This document shows, in pieces, positions 54,416 through 64,000 of a stretch of DNA of 64,000 nucleotides. Origin of the DNA: Naegleria gruberi (Eukaryota). Each line of letters opens with the position of its first letter. Positions within the stretch are counted from its first letter, which is position 1. Under the pieces are notes generated by a model. It was not told where the DNA came from. It saw nothing but the letters and a program-made list of their open reading frames with translations, and ran no database searches. Made by a program: the position numbers and the translations under genes. The stretch is from assembly GCA_000004985.1 (NCBI GenBank), contig GG738853.1; one strand, written 5' to 3'.

Positions 54416-55396
54416 TTTTTTTTAATAATGTTGTGATTGATCAACCAAGTTTATTATTATATATGGTCAACTCAACATTCAAATTAAAGATCAATTACAC
54501 AATATCAATGACTATAATTTAGATATTTAAATATGCTACATTCTATTTATTCAAGTTAAATTATCATCATGATGGTTTTAATGTTATTATTCGGATCTGT
54601 TTAAATTTTTGAATTAATTGAAAAATCCAAACTTTAGAACTCAATCAATGGGGAAAAAGAGAATGTCTAGTTTCTCCATATCATATTCCAATGTACCAAT
54701 GTATAATTTGATTCATTGAAAAGTGAAAAGTTTCTCTGCCAAATATTATGGAAATTGGAAGTGATTGTTTATATTTATTACTTATTTTAATAGTTAGGCC
54801 TTCTTTGAGCATTTGATAAGAGAGCACTCTCCAAGTTGCCAATTCCATTTTATTAATTTAATGTAATTGTTACAATATAAAGATTTGATTTTTTAAATTT
54901 ATACTATTATATAATAGTATTTTAATGCACTTATGCATGACATGATATGAAATTATTATTTCAACAAATCACTTTACATATTTAGTGCATGCATATTAAT
55001 CAAGTATTAATAAGGACCCTTAGATATTTTTATTAATAATTGATCATCACTCTATTATTCCTAAAAAGCTCTCATCATTAAAAATTAACATTTATATTTT
55101 ATCACATCTTAAACTTCTTAATATCCAAGAATGACTTAATAGTTAGGACTATTATTTAACTGAACCTTATCGATAGGCCCAAATAAGTACTAAATATCAA
55201 ACAAAATGAATAACGCGAAATTTTCTCGCTTTTTAAATTGATTGGTTGTTTTAATCACAGATTACAATGATTTTCACAACGCAAGCACTCCGTTATCATA
55301 TCATTCGACAAAGGTCACCTTTTGAAAAATCGCTTTACGGACTCTAATTTGGAGCGTTCACATTCCACTCTACACCTCAACAATAATATAAAAAAA

Positions 55397-57232
55397 ATGT
55401 TCAAATCAATTGCTCAACCAATTATCAAGAAGGCTAATCAAACAACACCAATTAAATCTGCTGTTGTTCAATCTAGATTCCTCAGCAAGGTTGTTAAAGA
55501 TGCCAAGACTGCTGTTCAAGATATTCCTGATGGTGCTACACTGTATGTATTAATATAATTTATTAATTTATTAATTTTTATAAATATATATTAATATTAA
55601 TATGATGATGATTGATCAATATGATGATGATATTACTATTATATTACAATCTATTATCTAAACACTCCCATAACCACTAAACTATAATCTAAAATCACAC
55701 CAATCTACTATTTAAACTACTTATCTACACTTAATCACACCAATCTAAATCACCAATCTACAATCTACAATCTACACTAAATCTACAATCTAAACACAAT
55801 GTAAAAACTCTCTTAATATTATTTAAATAGTTGTGTTGGTGGATTTGGTTTATCTGGTACACCACAAAAATTGATTGAAGCCTTGAGAGATTTGGGTAGT
55901 AAAAATTTAACAATTGTTTCAAATAATTGTGGTGTTGATGATTGGGGATTAGGATTATTATTATCTAATGGACAAATTAAAAGAATGGTTTCATCCTATG
56001 TTGGTGAAAATGCAACATTTGAAAAATTATATTTAGGAGGACATTTAGAAGTTGAATTACTTCCACAAGGTACATTAGCTGAAAAGTTAAGAGCTGGTGG
56101 TGCTGGTATTCCTGCATTCTTTACACCTACTGCTGTTGGTACTGTTATTCAAGAAGGTGGTTTTGCTATTAAATTTAAACCAAATTCAAAGGAAATTGAA
56201 ATTGCTTCTAAACCAAGAGAAGTTAGAGAATTTAATGGTAGAAAATATTTAATGGAAGAATGGATTAGAGGTGATTTTGCTTTAATTAAGGGATGGAAAG
56301 CTGATGAACATGGTAATGTTGTTTTTAGAAGAACTGCTAGAAATTTCAATCCAATGTGTGGTCAAGCTGGTAAAATTTGTATTGTTGAAGTTGAAGAATT
56401 AGTTAAACCAGGTGAAATTGATCCAGATCATGTTCATTTACCAGGTGTTTTTGTTGATAGAATTTATTTAGCTGAACCATATGAAAAGAGAATTGAAAAG
56501 AGAACTCTTTCTAAACCTACTGATGCTAATTCATCATCATCATCTTCTACTTCTTCAAATGATCCATCAAAATGGGATACACGTGAACGTATTGTTAGAA
56601 GAACTGCATTAGAATTCCAAGATGGAATGTATGTTAATTTAGGTATTGGTATTCCAACACTTGCATCCAATCATTTACCAAAAGGTGTTACCATTACTTT
56701 ACAATCTGAAAATGGTATTTTAGGTATGGGACCATATCCAACACCTGGTAATGAACATGCTGATTTGATTAATGCAGGTAAAGAAACAATTACAACATTA
56801 CCTGGATCATCAACATTTTCTTCATCTGATTCATTTGGTATTATTAGAGGTGGTCATATTGATTTGACTGTTTTGGGTGCTTTACAAGTATCTGAAAGTG
56901 GTGATTTAGCCAATTGGATTATTCCAGGTAAAATGGTTAAAGGTATGGGTGGTGCTATGGATTTAGTTTCATCTGGTTCACGTGTTGTTGTTACAATGGA
57001 ACATACTGCTAAGGGTAATTCTCCAAAGATTTTGAAATCATGTTCTTTACCTTTAACTGGTAAACAAGTTGTTAATAGAATTATTACTGAATTGGCTGTA
57101 TTTGATGTTACTCCACAAGGTTTAGTTTTAATTGAACATTTCCCTGGTGTTACTGTTGATGAAATTAAATCAAAGACTGAAGCTAACTTTATTGTTTCTG
57201 ATCAATTGAAGGAAATGCAATTTGTTCAATAA
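55397..57232 (+). CDS. OXCT1: succinyl-CoA:3-ketoacid CoA-transferase (SCOT) (exons 55397..55542, 55831..57232)
   Basis: Exon 1 is a mitochondrial-presequence-like [15 protein letters not shown]...VQDIPDGAT, ending at CT|GTATGT. The acceptor AG is at 55829-55830 (288-nt intron), and phase 2 restores CTT. The sequence continues [18 protein letters not shown]... and is collinear with human OXCT1 throughout (SSYVGEN, SENG, GGAMDLV). Confidence 0.93.
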
Positions 57233-57313
57233 ATTTATAATTTTTATTTAATTTTAATACTAATATTTAATAATATTTGACTGTTTTAATAATAATTTTT
57301 TAAATTTGAAATT

Positions 57314-58447
57314 TTATTGAATTGGAATGTATTCTTCTTCATGTTGTTGAGGTGGATGTTGTAGTGATGGAATAATTAGTGTTGAAATTGACTTGTTATT
57401 TTTATAATAATAAAATTGAATAGCAATAATAAAACTAAATAATAAAGTAAAAATACTTCCTAAAATGTAAGGAAATGTTGAAACTACATCCATTGTATTT
57501 GTAATATAAAATAATATTATACTTATTAAATACAATACTTGTGTTAATGTATCAATAATAAACATTAATAACTATAAATATATTTAATAATTAATCATAA
57601 TTAAATTAATTTTGTTAAAAATAATTAAATAAATAAATTTAAAACAAATTATTTCAAAACTTACAGATAAACCTTCAACACTCTTCTTTTTATAATTTTT
57701 AATAATTTGTGGAATGTATGCAATAATATAACAAGTACATGATATATATGAAATTATAATTCCAATTATATTTGCAATTTCATTATCATTATTAATAATT
57801 GAAGTATTACATAATTTTACAGTACTGCTACCATCACCACTACTACTACTAATAAATATATTAAAAAATAATAATAAAACAAATAAAGAAATAATCCAAT
57901 GTGAATTTAATTGATTATATTTTAATTGATTAAATTTTTTTAAAATAAAATTAAAAAATAAAATAAATAATTTTTCATAATAACAATATTGAGTAATAAT
58001 TAAAATATCCATAAAAACATAATAAATAGCTAAATATAATTGAGTAGGTAATTGATTTGTTAAAATACAACCAATTAAATTAGTAACATCACCAATCATC
58101 CAAATAAGGAATAAATAAATTGATAAACCTTTTGCAGATTTAAATACAAAATTTTTAATAACTTGTGGAAATAAACTAATCATACTTGTTAATATACTTA
58201 ATAATCCTAATATATAACTTGTTATTTCATTTGTTTCATAAAAACATTCTCTAAATATTAATGCAATAAATTCATTATAATGATTATTTCCTTTTTTAGT
58301 AGGTAAACATTGACATAAAAATGATGAAAATAATATTTCTTGATTATTTTCATTATTATTATTTAATAAAAATGTTTCATTATTAAATAATATAGGTAAT
58401 GATGATGATGATGATGAATAAAATGATAAAAATTGTTTACTATTCAT
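57314..58447 (-). CDS. PQ-loop repeat transporter (PQLC2/Ypq-like) (exons 58447..57665, 57571..57314)
   Basis: Two PQ-loops are present: LFPQVIKNFVFKSAKGLSIYLFLIWMIGDVTNLIG and YIPQIIKNYKKKSVEGLSVS. The donor TCT|GTAAGT is at 57664 and the acceptor TATAG is at 57573-57572, in phase 0 (93-nt intron). The likely start is MNSKQF at 58447. Confidence 0.8.
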
Positions 58448-58497
58448 TTCAGTGCATTTTTTTAAAAAAATCTTTACAATAAAATTATTTTTTATTA

Positions 58498-59004
58498 TCA
58501 TAATATTATCATCAATATTATCATTAACATATTATTATTATTAGATATAATATTATTATTATTTTCAATATTAATAGTAAAATCATCATGATAATAAGGA
58601 CCAAATAAATCTCTAAATAAAGCATATGAACATAATTTAGTAGTATAATATGTTTTTAAATAAAAATTAGATAATGGTAATGATATTTGATAAAATAAAA
58701 ATCCAAATGTTAATCCAGTTGATATTTGTGTTAGAGTATTAATATATTTATTAGATATCTTTTTAAATGATTTTTGAAATATAAATAAAGATGAAAATGT
58801 TCCGATTATTGAAAATGGATATTTAATTAATGTTGAATATCCATCTTGTGGTATTTTAATCATTAATGATGTTAAATAGGCTCTTTTTGTATATTTATAT
58901 TTACTATTATTATTATTATTATTATTATTGGATGATGATGATGGTATTGTTGTTGTTATTGATGATGATTTGAGTTGTTGTTGTGTAGTTGAATTATTTT
59001 CCAT
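58498..59004 (-). CDS. small hydrophobic protein, unknown function (could instead belong to the neighbouring gene model)
   Basis: 168-aa ORF with an N/S-rich N-terminus and two or three hydrophobic segments. It lies 55 bp downstream of the PDE stop and 50 bp upstream of the PQ-loop ATG. Confidence 0.35.
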   Translation of the reverse strand: MENNSTTQQQLKSSSITTTIPSSSSNNNNNNNNSKYKYTKRAYLTSLMIKIPQDGYSTLIKYPFSIIGTFSSLFIFQKSFKKISNKYINTLTQISTGLTFGFLFYQISLPLSNFYLKTYYTTKLCSYALFRDLFGPYYHDDFTINIENNNNIISNNNNMLMIILMIIL

Positions 59005-59059
59005 TTTTTATTATTGAATTATGAAAAGATAAATTGATTGTGTGTGTTTATTATTTATA

Positions 59060-61939
59060 TTATAAATCTTCTTCTTCAAGAGGATCTGAATGTTTATGTT
59101 CTGTTGTTGTGGTATTGTGATTAGAATGTTCAAGACTTGAATCATTCTTTTCCTCATTATCATTATGAGGTGGTTGTTCAATGGTAATATCTTGATGTTT
59201 TGTATCCTCAGCCTTAACAATGTGATGTTCCTTCTTTGTATCATCAATTTCATGAACATCATTGAGAGGACTATCATCTCTATTAGTTTTAATAATTTTA
59301 TAATTCTCTTCATATTGAATAATATTTAAACCAGTTTGTTGATGAACATGTTCCAACACTAAAGGTAAAGTTAATTGAGTTGATTTTGTTAAATCTTGCA
59401 TTGTTAAATGATTGGATTGAATTTGTTTCTTAATTAATTCAGTTTCTTCAGGTTTAAAATCAAATAATAAATTAAATAGAGGCATTACAATAAATTCAAT
59501 AAAACCAGTTTGACATTTTGGTACATTTTGAGTATTTCTATCCATAAAAGGTGAAATATCAATTTTTAAATTTCTTTCAGTATCACCCTGATTATAAAAT
59601 TCAGTCATTACTCTATTAACCCATTTACCATAAACTTGATATGATTTTGTTGGATTTGAAACATCTGCACATTTAATTATTACTTTTAATAAGGCTAATA
59701 AACATTCCTTTCTTTCAATACTAAACTTTTCCTTATTAAATATATCATTGGATTTAATTTGACCAACAATTAAGAAATGTTGACTTATATCTGTTGCTAA
59801 TATCATTTCAACTATTAATTCTCTTAAATATTCATATTGATTACTTGACATATTTACAAATATATTAAATTCTTCCTTTCCTAGTATTTTAAATAAATTA
59901 TAACAATGAAAATTTTCTAAAATTGAACGATCATTAAACATGATTGCCTTTTCACTTCTTGTTTTCTTTTCAAATAAATTTGTAACTCCTGGATGACAAA
60001 CATCATGAGCTAAACATGCAACAACTAATGCTAATATATCTAATGGTACTAGATTGAAATTTAAATTATTTTCTAATGTAAAATTATTAAATTGAATAGA
60101 TTGAGATGATTGTGACTGTGATTGTGTTGATTGTGATTGAGATTGAGGTGAATGAGGTGAAGATGGACTTGTATGTGAAAAACATTTAACATATAAACTA
60201 ATAGCAGTTTGAACAACATCAGTTGCATGACAATTATTATGATATGGATTATTAAAATAATTAGATTCTACTTGTTTTAAGAATTTCTTCAAAGTACCAA
60301 TTGGTATATTCAATGGTCCAATTAAATCAAATGTTTGAAATATATATAAACATGTATAATATAATGGTTCACCTTCTGCAATCTTATTAAATTCAAATAC
60401 ATCAAATTTAAAATAATCCAATAAATTTTCTTTTAAATATTCCTTAACTTTCAATGGAATATCATCCTTAGGTACAATTGCTAATGAATCTTTGGCACTC
60501 TTTCTACCTATTGAACTCATTTCTTTTAAATAATTTGTAAATACTAATGCTTTAGTATATGCCTTAATACGTTTCTTCCATGATAAATCTGTACTATCTT
60601 CAACAAGTGATCCATGTAATACTTCAGATGATAACCATTTTTGTGTTTCAGAATCATGTTCATCTGATATTAAAATATCTTTAACAGTTGATTTAACTCC
60701 CATATTATGTGATGATGCTTTTGATACTAATAAACTTGCTAATGGTGATTTTGTTGAATTGGTGGCTGTTGGATCTGTTAAAATTAATTCAATTCTTGAA
60801 ACTAATTGTCTCACTTCATCATTTTCATGAGCTTTTAAAGAAGATATCAATTCAGTTAAATTACTACTAGTAGCACCACCTTTAGAATGATGATCATTAG
60901 ATACACTTGCTGTTATTGGTTGTGATGGTGGAGCTAAATCTTCTGGTGTAATTGGAGTATGTGGATCATCTTCAATTTTCTTAATATCATCACCCAGAAA
61001 TCCATCCTCTTCTTCATTAACATCTTGATTTGATGATCTTTGAGAAGATAAATGTAAAACTTCAACAGTTAAATTCTTTTCAGATTCTTGTTTTAATTTT
61101 AATTCCAAACTATGTTGTCTTTCTAAATCATCCTTCTTTTCAGAATCAAATTTTTGTTTCTGCAATTTTGAATATTTTGTAATCATCATAAAAGTATCTC
61201 TAATGTTAATATCAATATTATGTTTTAGAGGATATAAATGTAATGCAATTGTAATAACTTTTCCAACATCATTTTTCAATTTTTGGAAAACTTCAATTGA
61301 TTCATCTGGTTGAGGTTCAATTGTTAATTCTGAATTAAGAACACAATTTTGAACTGATAGAATAAATAAAGATAATTGTTCCTTTTCATTCGATGGACTA
61401 TCTTCAAATACCATAAATTTATCTTGATGAATACTTTCAGCATCTCTAATATGATAATAAAACTTATCTAAACCATCAGATAGAGAATAAATAACAATAT
61501 TCTTATCTACATTTGAAAATACACAAAACATAAAATCACTCTCCATTAATTGATGAGTGTTATAAGCAATTACCTCATCCATTCTATATAATACTCTCAT
61601 TAAATCTGTTTCCTTATCTTGATGTAAATCTTTACATGTTATATATCTTAGTGATTTTCCTTTTGGTATTTCAACTATAACAGAAGATTCAAAGGCTTCA
61701 TTGGATGAAGTGGTATCTTCCTTCTTTTCTTCTGCTTCATCCTTTATATTTGAAATTGGTTGAACAAGTGTAGATTGTGCTTTTTCATCCCTTGTTGATC
61801 GTTCTTGATGTGCTATTGTTGTAGTTGCTGATTTCCCCACATCTTGTGGTACATCATTGTCTTTATAACGATCATGACTATTTTGCTGAGGTTGAACACT
61901 ATTTGTTGTTGCACATCCAGCTGCATTACCCATTTTCAA
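59060..61939 (-). CDS. class I 3',5'-cyclic-nucleotide phosphodiesterase
   Basis: The C-terminal catalytic domain has YHNNCHATDVVQTA, LAHDVCHPGVTN, ILATDISQHF and IKCADVSNPTK (the HD metal-binding set). The N-terminal region is long and unassigned. Confidence 0.88.
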   Translation of the reverse strand: MKMGNAAGCATTNSVQPQQNSHDRYKDNDVPQDVGKSATTTIAHQERSTRDEKAQSTLVQPISNIKDEAEEKKEDTTSSNEAFESSVIVEIPKGKSLRYITCKDLHQDKETDLMRVLYRMDEVIAYNTHQLMESDFMFCVFSNVDKNIVIYSLSDGLDKFYYHIRDAESIHQDKFMVFEDSPSNEKEQLSLFILSVQNCVLNSELTIEPQPDESIEVFQKLKNDVGKVITIALHLYPLKHNIDINIRDTFMMITKYSKLQKQKFDSEKKDDLERQHSLELKLKQESEKNLTVEVLHLSSQRSSNQDVNEEEDGFLGDDIKKIEDDPHTPITPEDLAPPSQPITASVSNDHHSKGGATSSNLTELISSLKAHENDEVRQLVSRIELILTDPTATNSTKSPLASLLVSKASSHNMGVKSTVKDILISDEHDSETQKWLSSEVLHGSLVEDSTDLSWKKRIKAYTKALVFTNYLKEMSSIGRKSAKDSLAIVPKDDIPLKVKEYLKENLLDYFKFDVFEFNKIAEGEPLYYTCLYIFQTFDLIGPLNIPIGTLKKFLKQVESNYFNNPYHNNCHATDVVQTAISLYVKCFSHTSPSSPHSPQSQSQSTQSQSQSSQSIQFNNFTLENNLNFNLVPLDILALVVACLAHDVCHPGVTNLFEKKTRSEKAIMFNDRSILENFHCYNLFKILGKEEFNIFVNMSSNQYEYLRELIVEMILATDISQHFLIVGQIKSNDIFNKEKFSIERKECLLALLKVIIKCADVSNPTKSYQVYGKWVNRVMTEFYNQGDTERNLKIDISPFMDRNTQNVPKCQTGFIEFIVMPLFNLLFDFKPEETELIKKQIQSNHLTMQDLTKSTQLTLPLVLEHVHQQTGLNIIQYEENYKIIKTNRDDSPLNDVHEIDDTKKEHHIVKAEDTKHQDITIEQPPHNDNEEKNDSSLEHSNHNTTTTEHKHSDPLEEEDL

Positions 61940-62635
61940 ACTATTAAAACCTAGAGTGAGTTAGAAGTTATATATTATTTTGATGATAATAATGTTGATA
62001 ATATACAGTGGTTGCAATACGTTTGAATCCACTGAAAGAAGAGACTCTGCAAAGCCTTTAAACTTGTTTTTTTAATCTCTACATATTTGTAACGATTTGT
62101 AGTTTGTGGGCGGGAAAAAATACTTTACTGTTTTGGATTGTCCACCTTGTACGTATTGGTCATTGAGAATCTATAAGGTACAACAATGTTTGAAATAGTC
62201 ATGGATTGGTTTGTCTCTCTAATCACATCTAGTTGTCACATCGATGAAGATCACTTGAACTTGCAACATTTAAAGAATGAAATCTCTCTATGGTTTTGGA
62301 TATTTAGCTAATTGATATAAACTCTCCAATTAATAACAACTGTTTAATAAATATCTGATGATGAGGTGGTACGTGGTTAATACTTGTTGATCTCAAAATT
62401 AAGAAAGGAGAGAGAAAATTATCAAATAATAAGTAGTGTTAAAGTTGTAAATGACCGTTTATATATTACACGAGTAATACCCATACCTAATTTGAAATTA
62501 TGAAAATATGATTAATAAGGTAATTTCTTAATAAATCAATATATAAAAAAATTAAAGAATTTTTAAGGTTCTTCCCCTCACTGATTATTTTCCATAATAT
62601 ATTCATCTATCATCATCATCACACTTAATAATTAA

Positions 62636-64000
62636 ATGATCAAAATATTAAATCCTCTATTACTATGCCTATTAATATTATTATTTCTAATTAATAATAT
62701 TAAATGTGCATCATTTACAACAAGTTATTCAATGAAAACATGTTCATTATCAAATTCATTATTATCCAATTCTAATAGTGATATATTTACATCTACATCT
62801 ACTACATCATCTGGATGTTCCTCATCATCAACATTTCAAATTGCCATTAAATTTGGAGATGAAGGAGTTCCACGTGATTTAAAACTCTCACTCTCAAAAG
62901 ATGATAAAATTCAAAATAGTTTAGATTCAACTGATTTTTATTCATTATCTAATGATATTATTATTAAAATAGAAAGAACTGATTTAAAAGTATCATATCC
63001 ATTAACTTTTATTAAAACATTAAAAAATTCATATGAAACTATTGAAACAAGTGTTAAAGATTGTAATAATTTAAATAATAATAATATGGATGAATATTCT
63101 AAATGTTGTGGACCCTATTATTATAATGATAATTCAAATTCAAATTTAAATTCAAATAAATATTATAATATTAGAAAATTAAATTATAATACTACCAATT
63201 ATAATCAATATGAAATTGGAAAATCACAATTACAATATTATATTCAATTTACAATACAACAATTAGATTTAAAATATAGTTTAATGTTATCAAATAATCA
63301 AAAATCATTAATTTTTAAAGGAATTAAAATTTCAATTGAAAATGATTTTTTAAAATTAACAAATTTAGATTTTTATTATTTAACACATTATTATATTATA
63401 CCTGAAAATCAATTAGATGGTTTTGTAATTCCTAAAAATTTAATTAATAAAGATATAAATAAAATTGGAATTACTAAAGAAATTTATAAAAATAATATTA
63501 ATTGTAATGATGAATTAGGTGATATAGTTACCATATTAGGAAATAATAATATATATGATCAATTTTATAGTTTTAGATCTAAATTTTTATTAAATTTAAT
63601 TGATGATTGTTATTTTAAAGATAAAAATCAAAATTTAATTAATTTTAATTGTGTAAAAACTATTAAAAATACAATTTTAATTAATTTACCATTTGGAGAT
63701 TCAAATTCATTTTCATTATTAAAATTAAAATCAAATCCAAATATAGTATCAAAAGGTTCTTTTAAAATTGATAATTATTTAATTTCTATTTATTTAGATA
63801 TTTTTAATAATATTGAATCTGATGGTTTAGTTGAAATTACTTTAATTGATTGTTGTATTTTACAAAATAATAATTTTATTTGTAATGTATGTTTTTTTAT
63901 TAATATATTTTTAATTTAATTATTTTTATATTTTATTTAATATTTTTATTTAATTATTAAATATAGAAAACATCAAGTCAATTTACTCAAAAAAGAATAT
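62636..64000 (+). CDS. secreted/membrane protein with HAP2/GCS1-like ectodomain features; CDS probably continues past the window (exon 62636..63886, then 63967..>64000)
   Basis: A signal peptide (MIKILNPLLLCLLILLFLINNIKCA) is present. Segments parallel the HAP2 ectodomain by eye: IKIERTDLKVSYPLTFIK...ETSVKDC; YEIGKSQLQYYIQFTIQ; YYIIPEN...INKIGITKEIYKNNINC. AAT|GTATGT at 63887 and TATAG at 63965-63966 suggest an 80-nt intron. Confidence 0.45.

Noticed and set aside
55730-55800. AATCTACA-type short tandem repeats in the SCOT intron
   Set aside because: This is an ordinary intronic microsatellite with no further structure.
1-64000. Search for prokaryote-style systems (CRISPR arrays, toxin-antitoxin or defence operons, integrons, IS elements) and for eukaryotic transposons
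   Set aside because: The window is eukaryotic nuclear DNA with spliceosomal introns and monocistronic genes. I saw no CRISPR-like regular repeats. I also saw no transposase, reverse-transcriptase or integrase ORFs, and no LTR- or TIR-bounded units. The only repeats are the tRNA-associated duplications, a ~97-bp-spaced direct repeat and microsatellites.

Overview
This window is AT-rich, gene-dense nuclear DNA from a unicellular eukaryote. It uses the standard genetic code and GT-AG introns, and it contains one 50-N assembly gap. It is not prokaryotic: I see no operons, CRISPR arrays, IS elements or defence islands. The gene content points to an amoeboflagellate or amoeba. The evidence is an F-box/LRR protein of the IGDEGAKYLSELKQLT type, a PPi-type phosphofructokinase, CEP57-like and RIIa-domain genes, DUF4116 repeats and a HAP2-like gene. 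My best guess is a heterolobosean (Naegleria-like) organism, but a dictyostelid-like origin cannot be excluded from sequence alone. I can support about 40 protein-coding genes. Recognisable ones include CNOT11, CCT delta, CCT eta, phosphomannomutase, ALG11, a PfkB kinase, AAGAB, TRAPPC11, PPi-PFK, LIN9/ALY, CEP57-like, the PKA catalytic subunit, taspase-like, SCOT/OXCT1, a PQ-loop transporter and a class I PDE. There are also four intact tRNA genes (Pro-UGG, Gly-UCC twice as an inverted pair, Glu-UUC), two internally deleted tRNA-like copies, and one 5S rRNA gene inside a small Pol III cluster. I derived the exon/intron structures by hand from GT/AG sites and frame continuity. Introns fall into a 39-46 nt class and a 93-288 nt class. 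I found no clear previously undescribed multi-gene system. The items most worth a second look are: (1) a secreted, about 33% Lys and 32-Cys repeat protein with no acidic character; (2) a HAP2/GCS1-like gene that seems to lack the canonical Cys-rich fusion-loop segment; (3) the 5S/tRNA cluster with two precisely damaged tRNA copies; (4) a large bacterial-style beta-helix gene and several low-complexity genes with apparent frameshifts in A/T runs, which may be assembly errors. All functional calls rest on by-eye motif and homology recognition. No database search was run.
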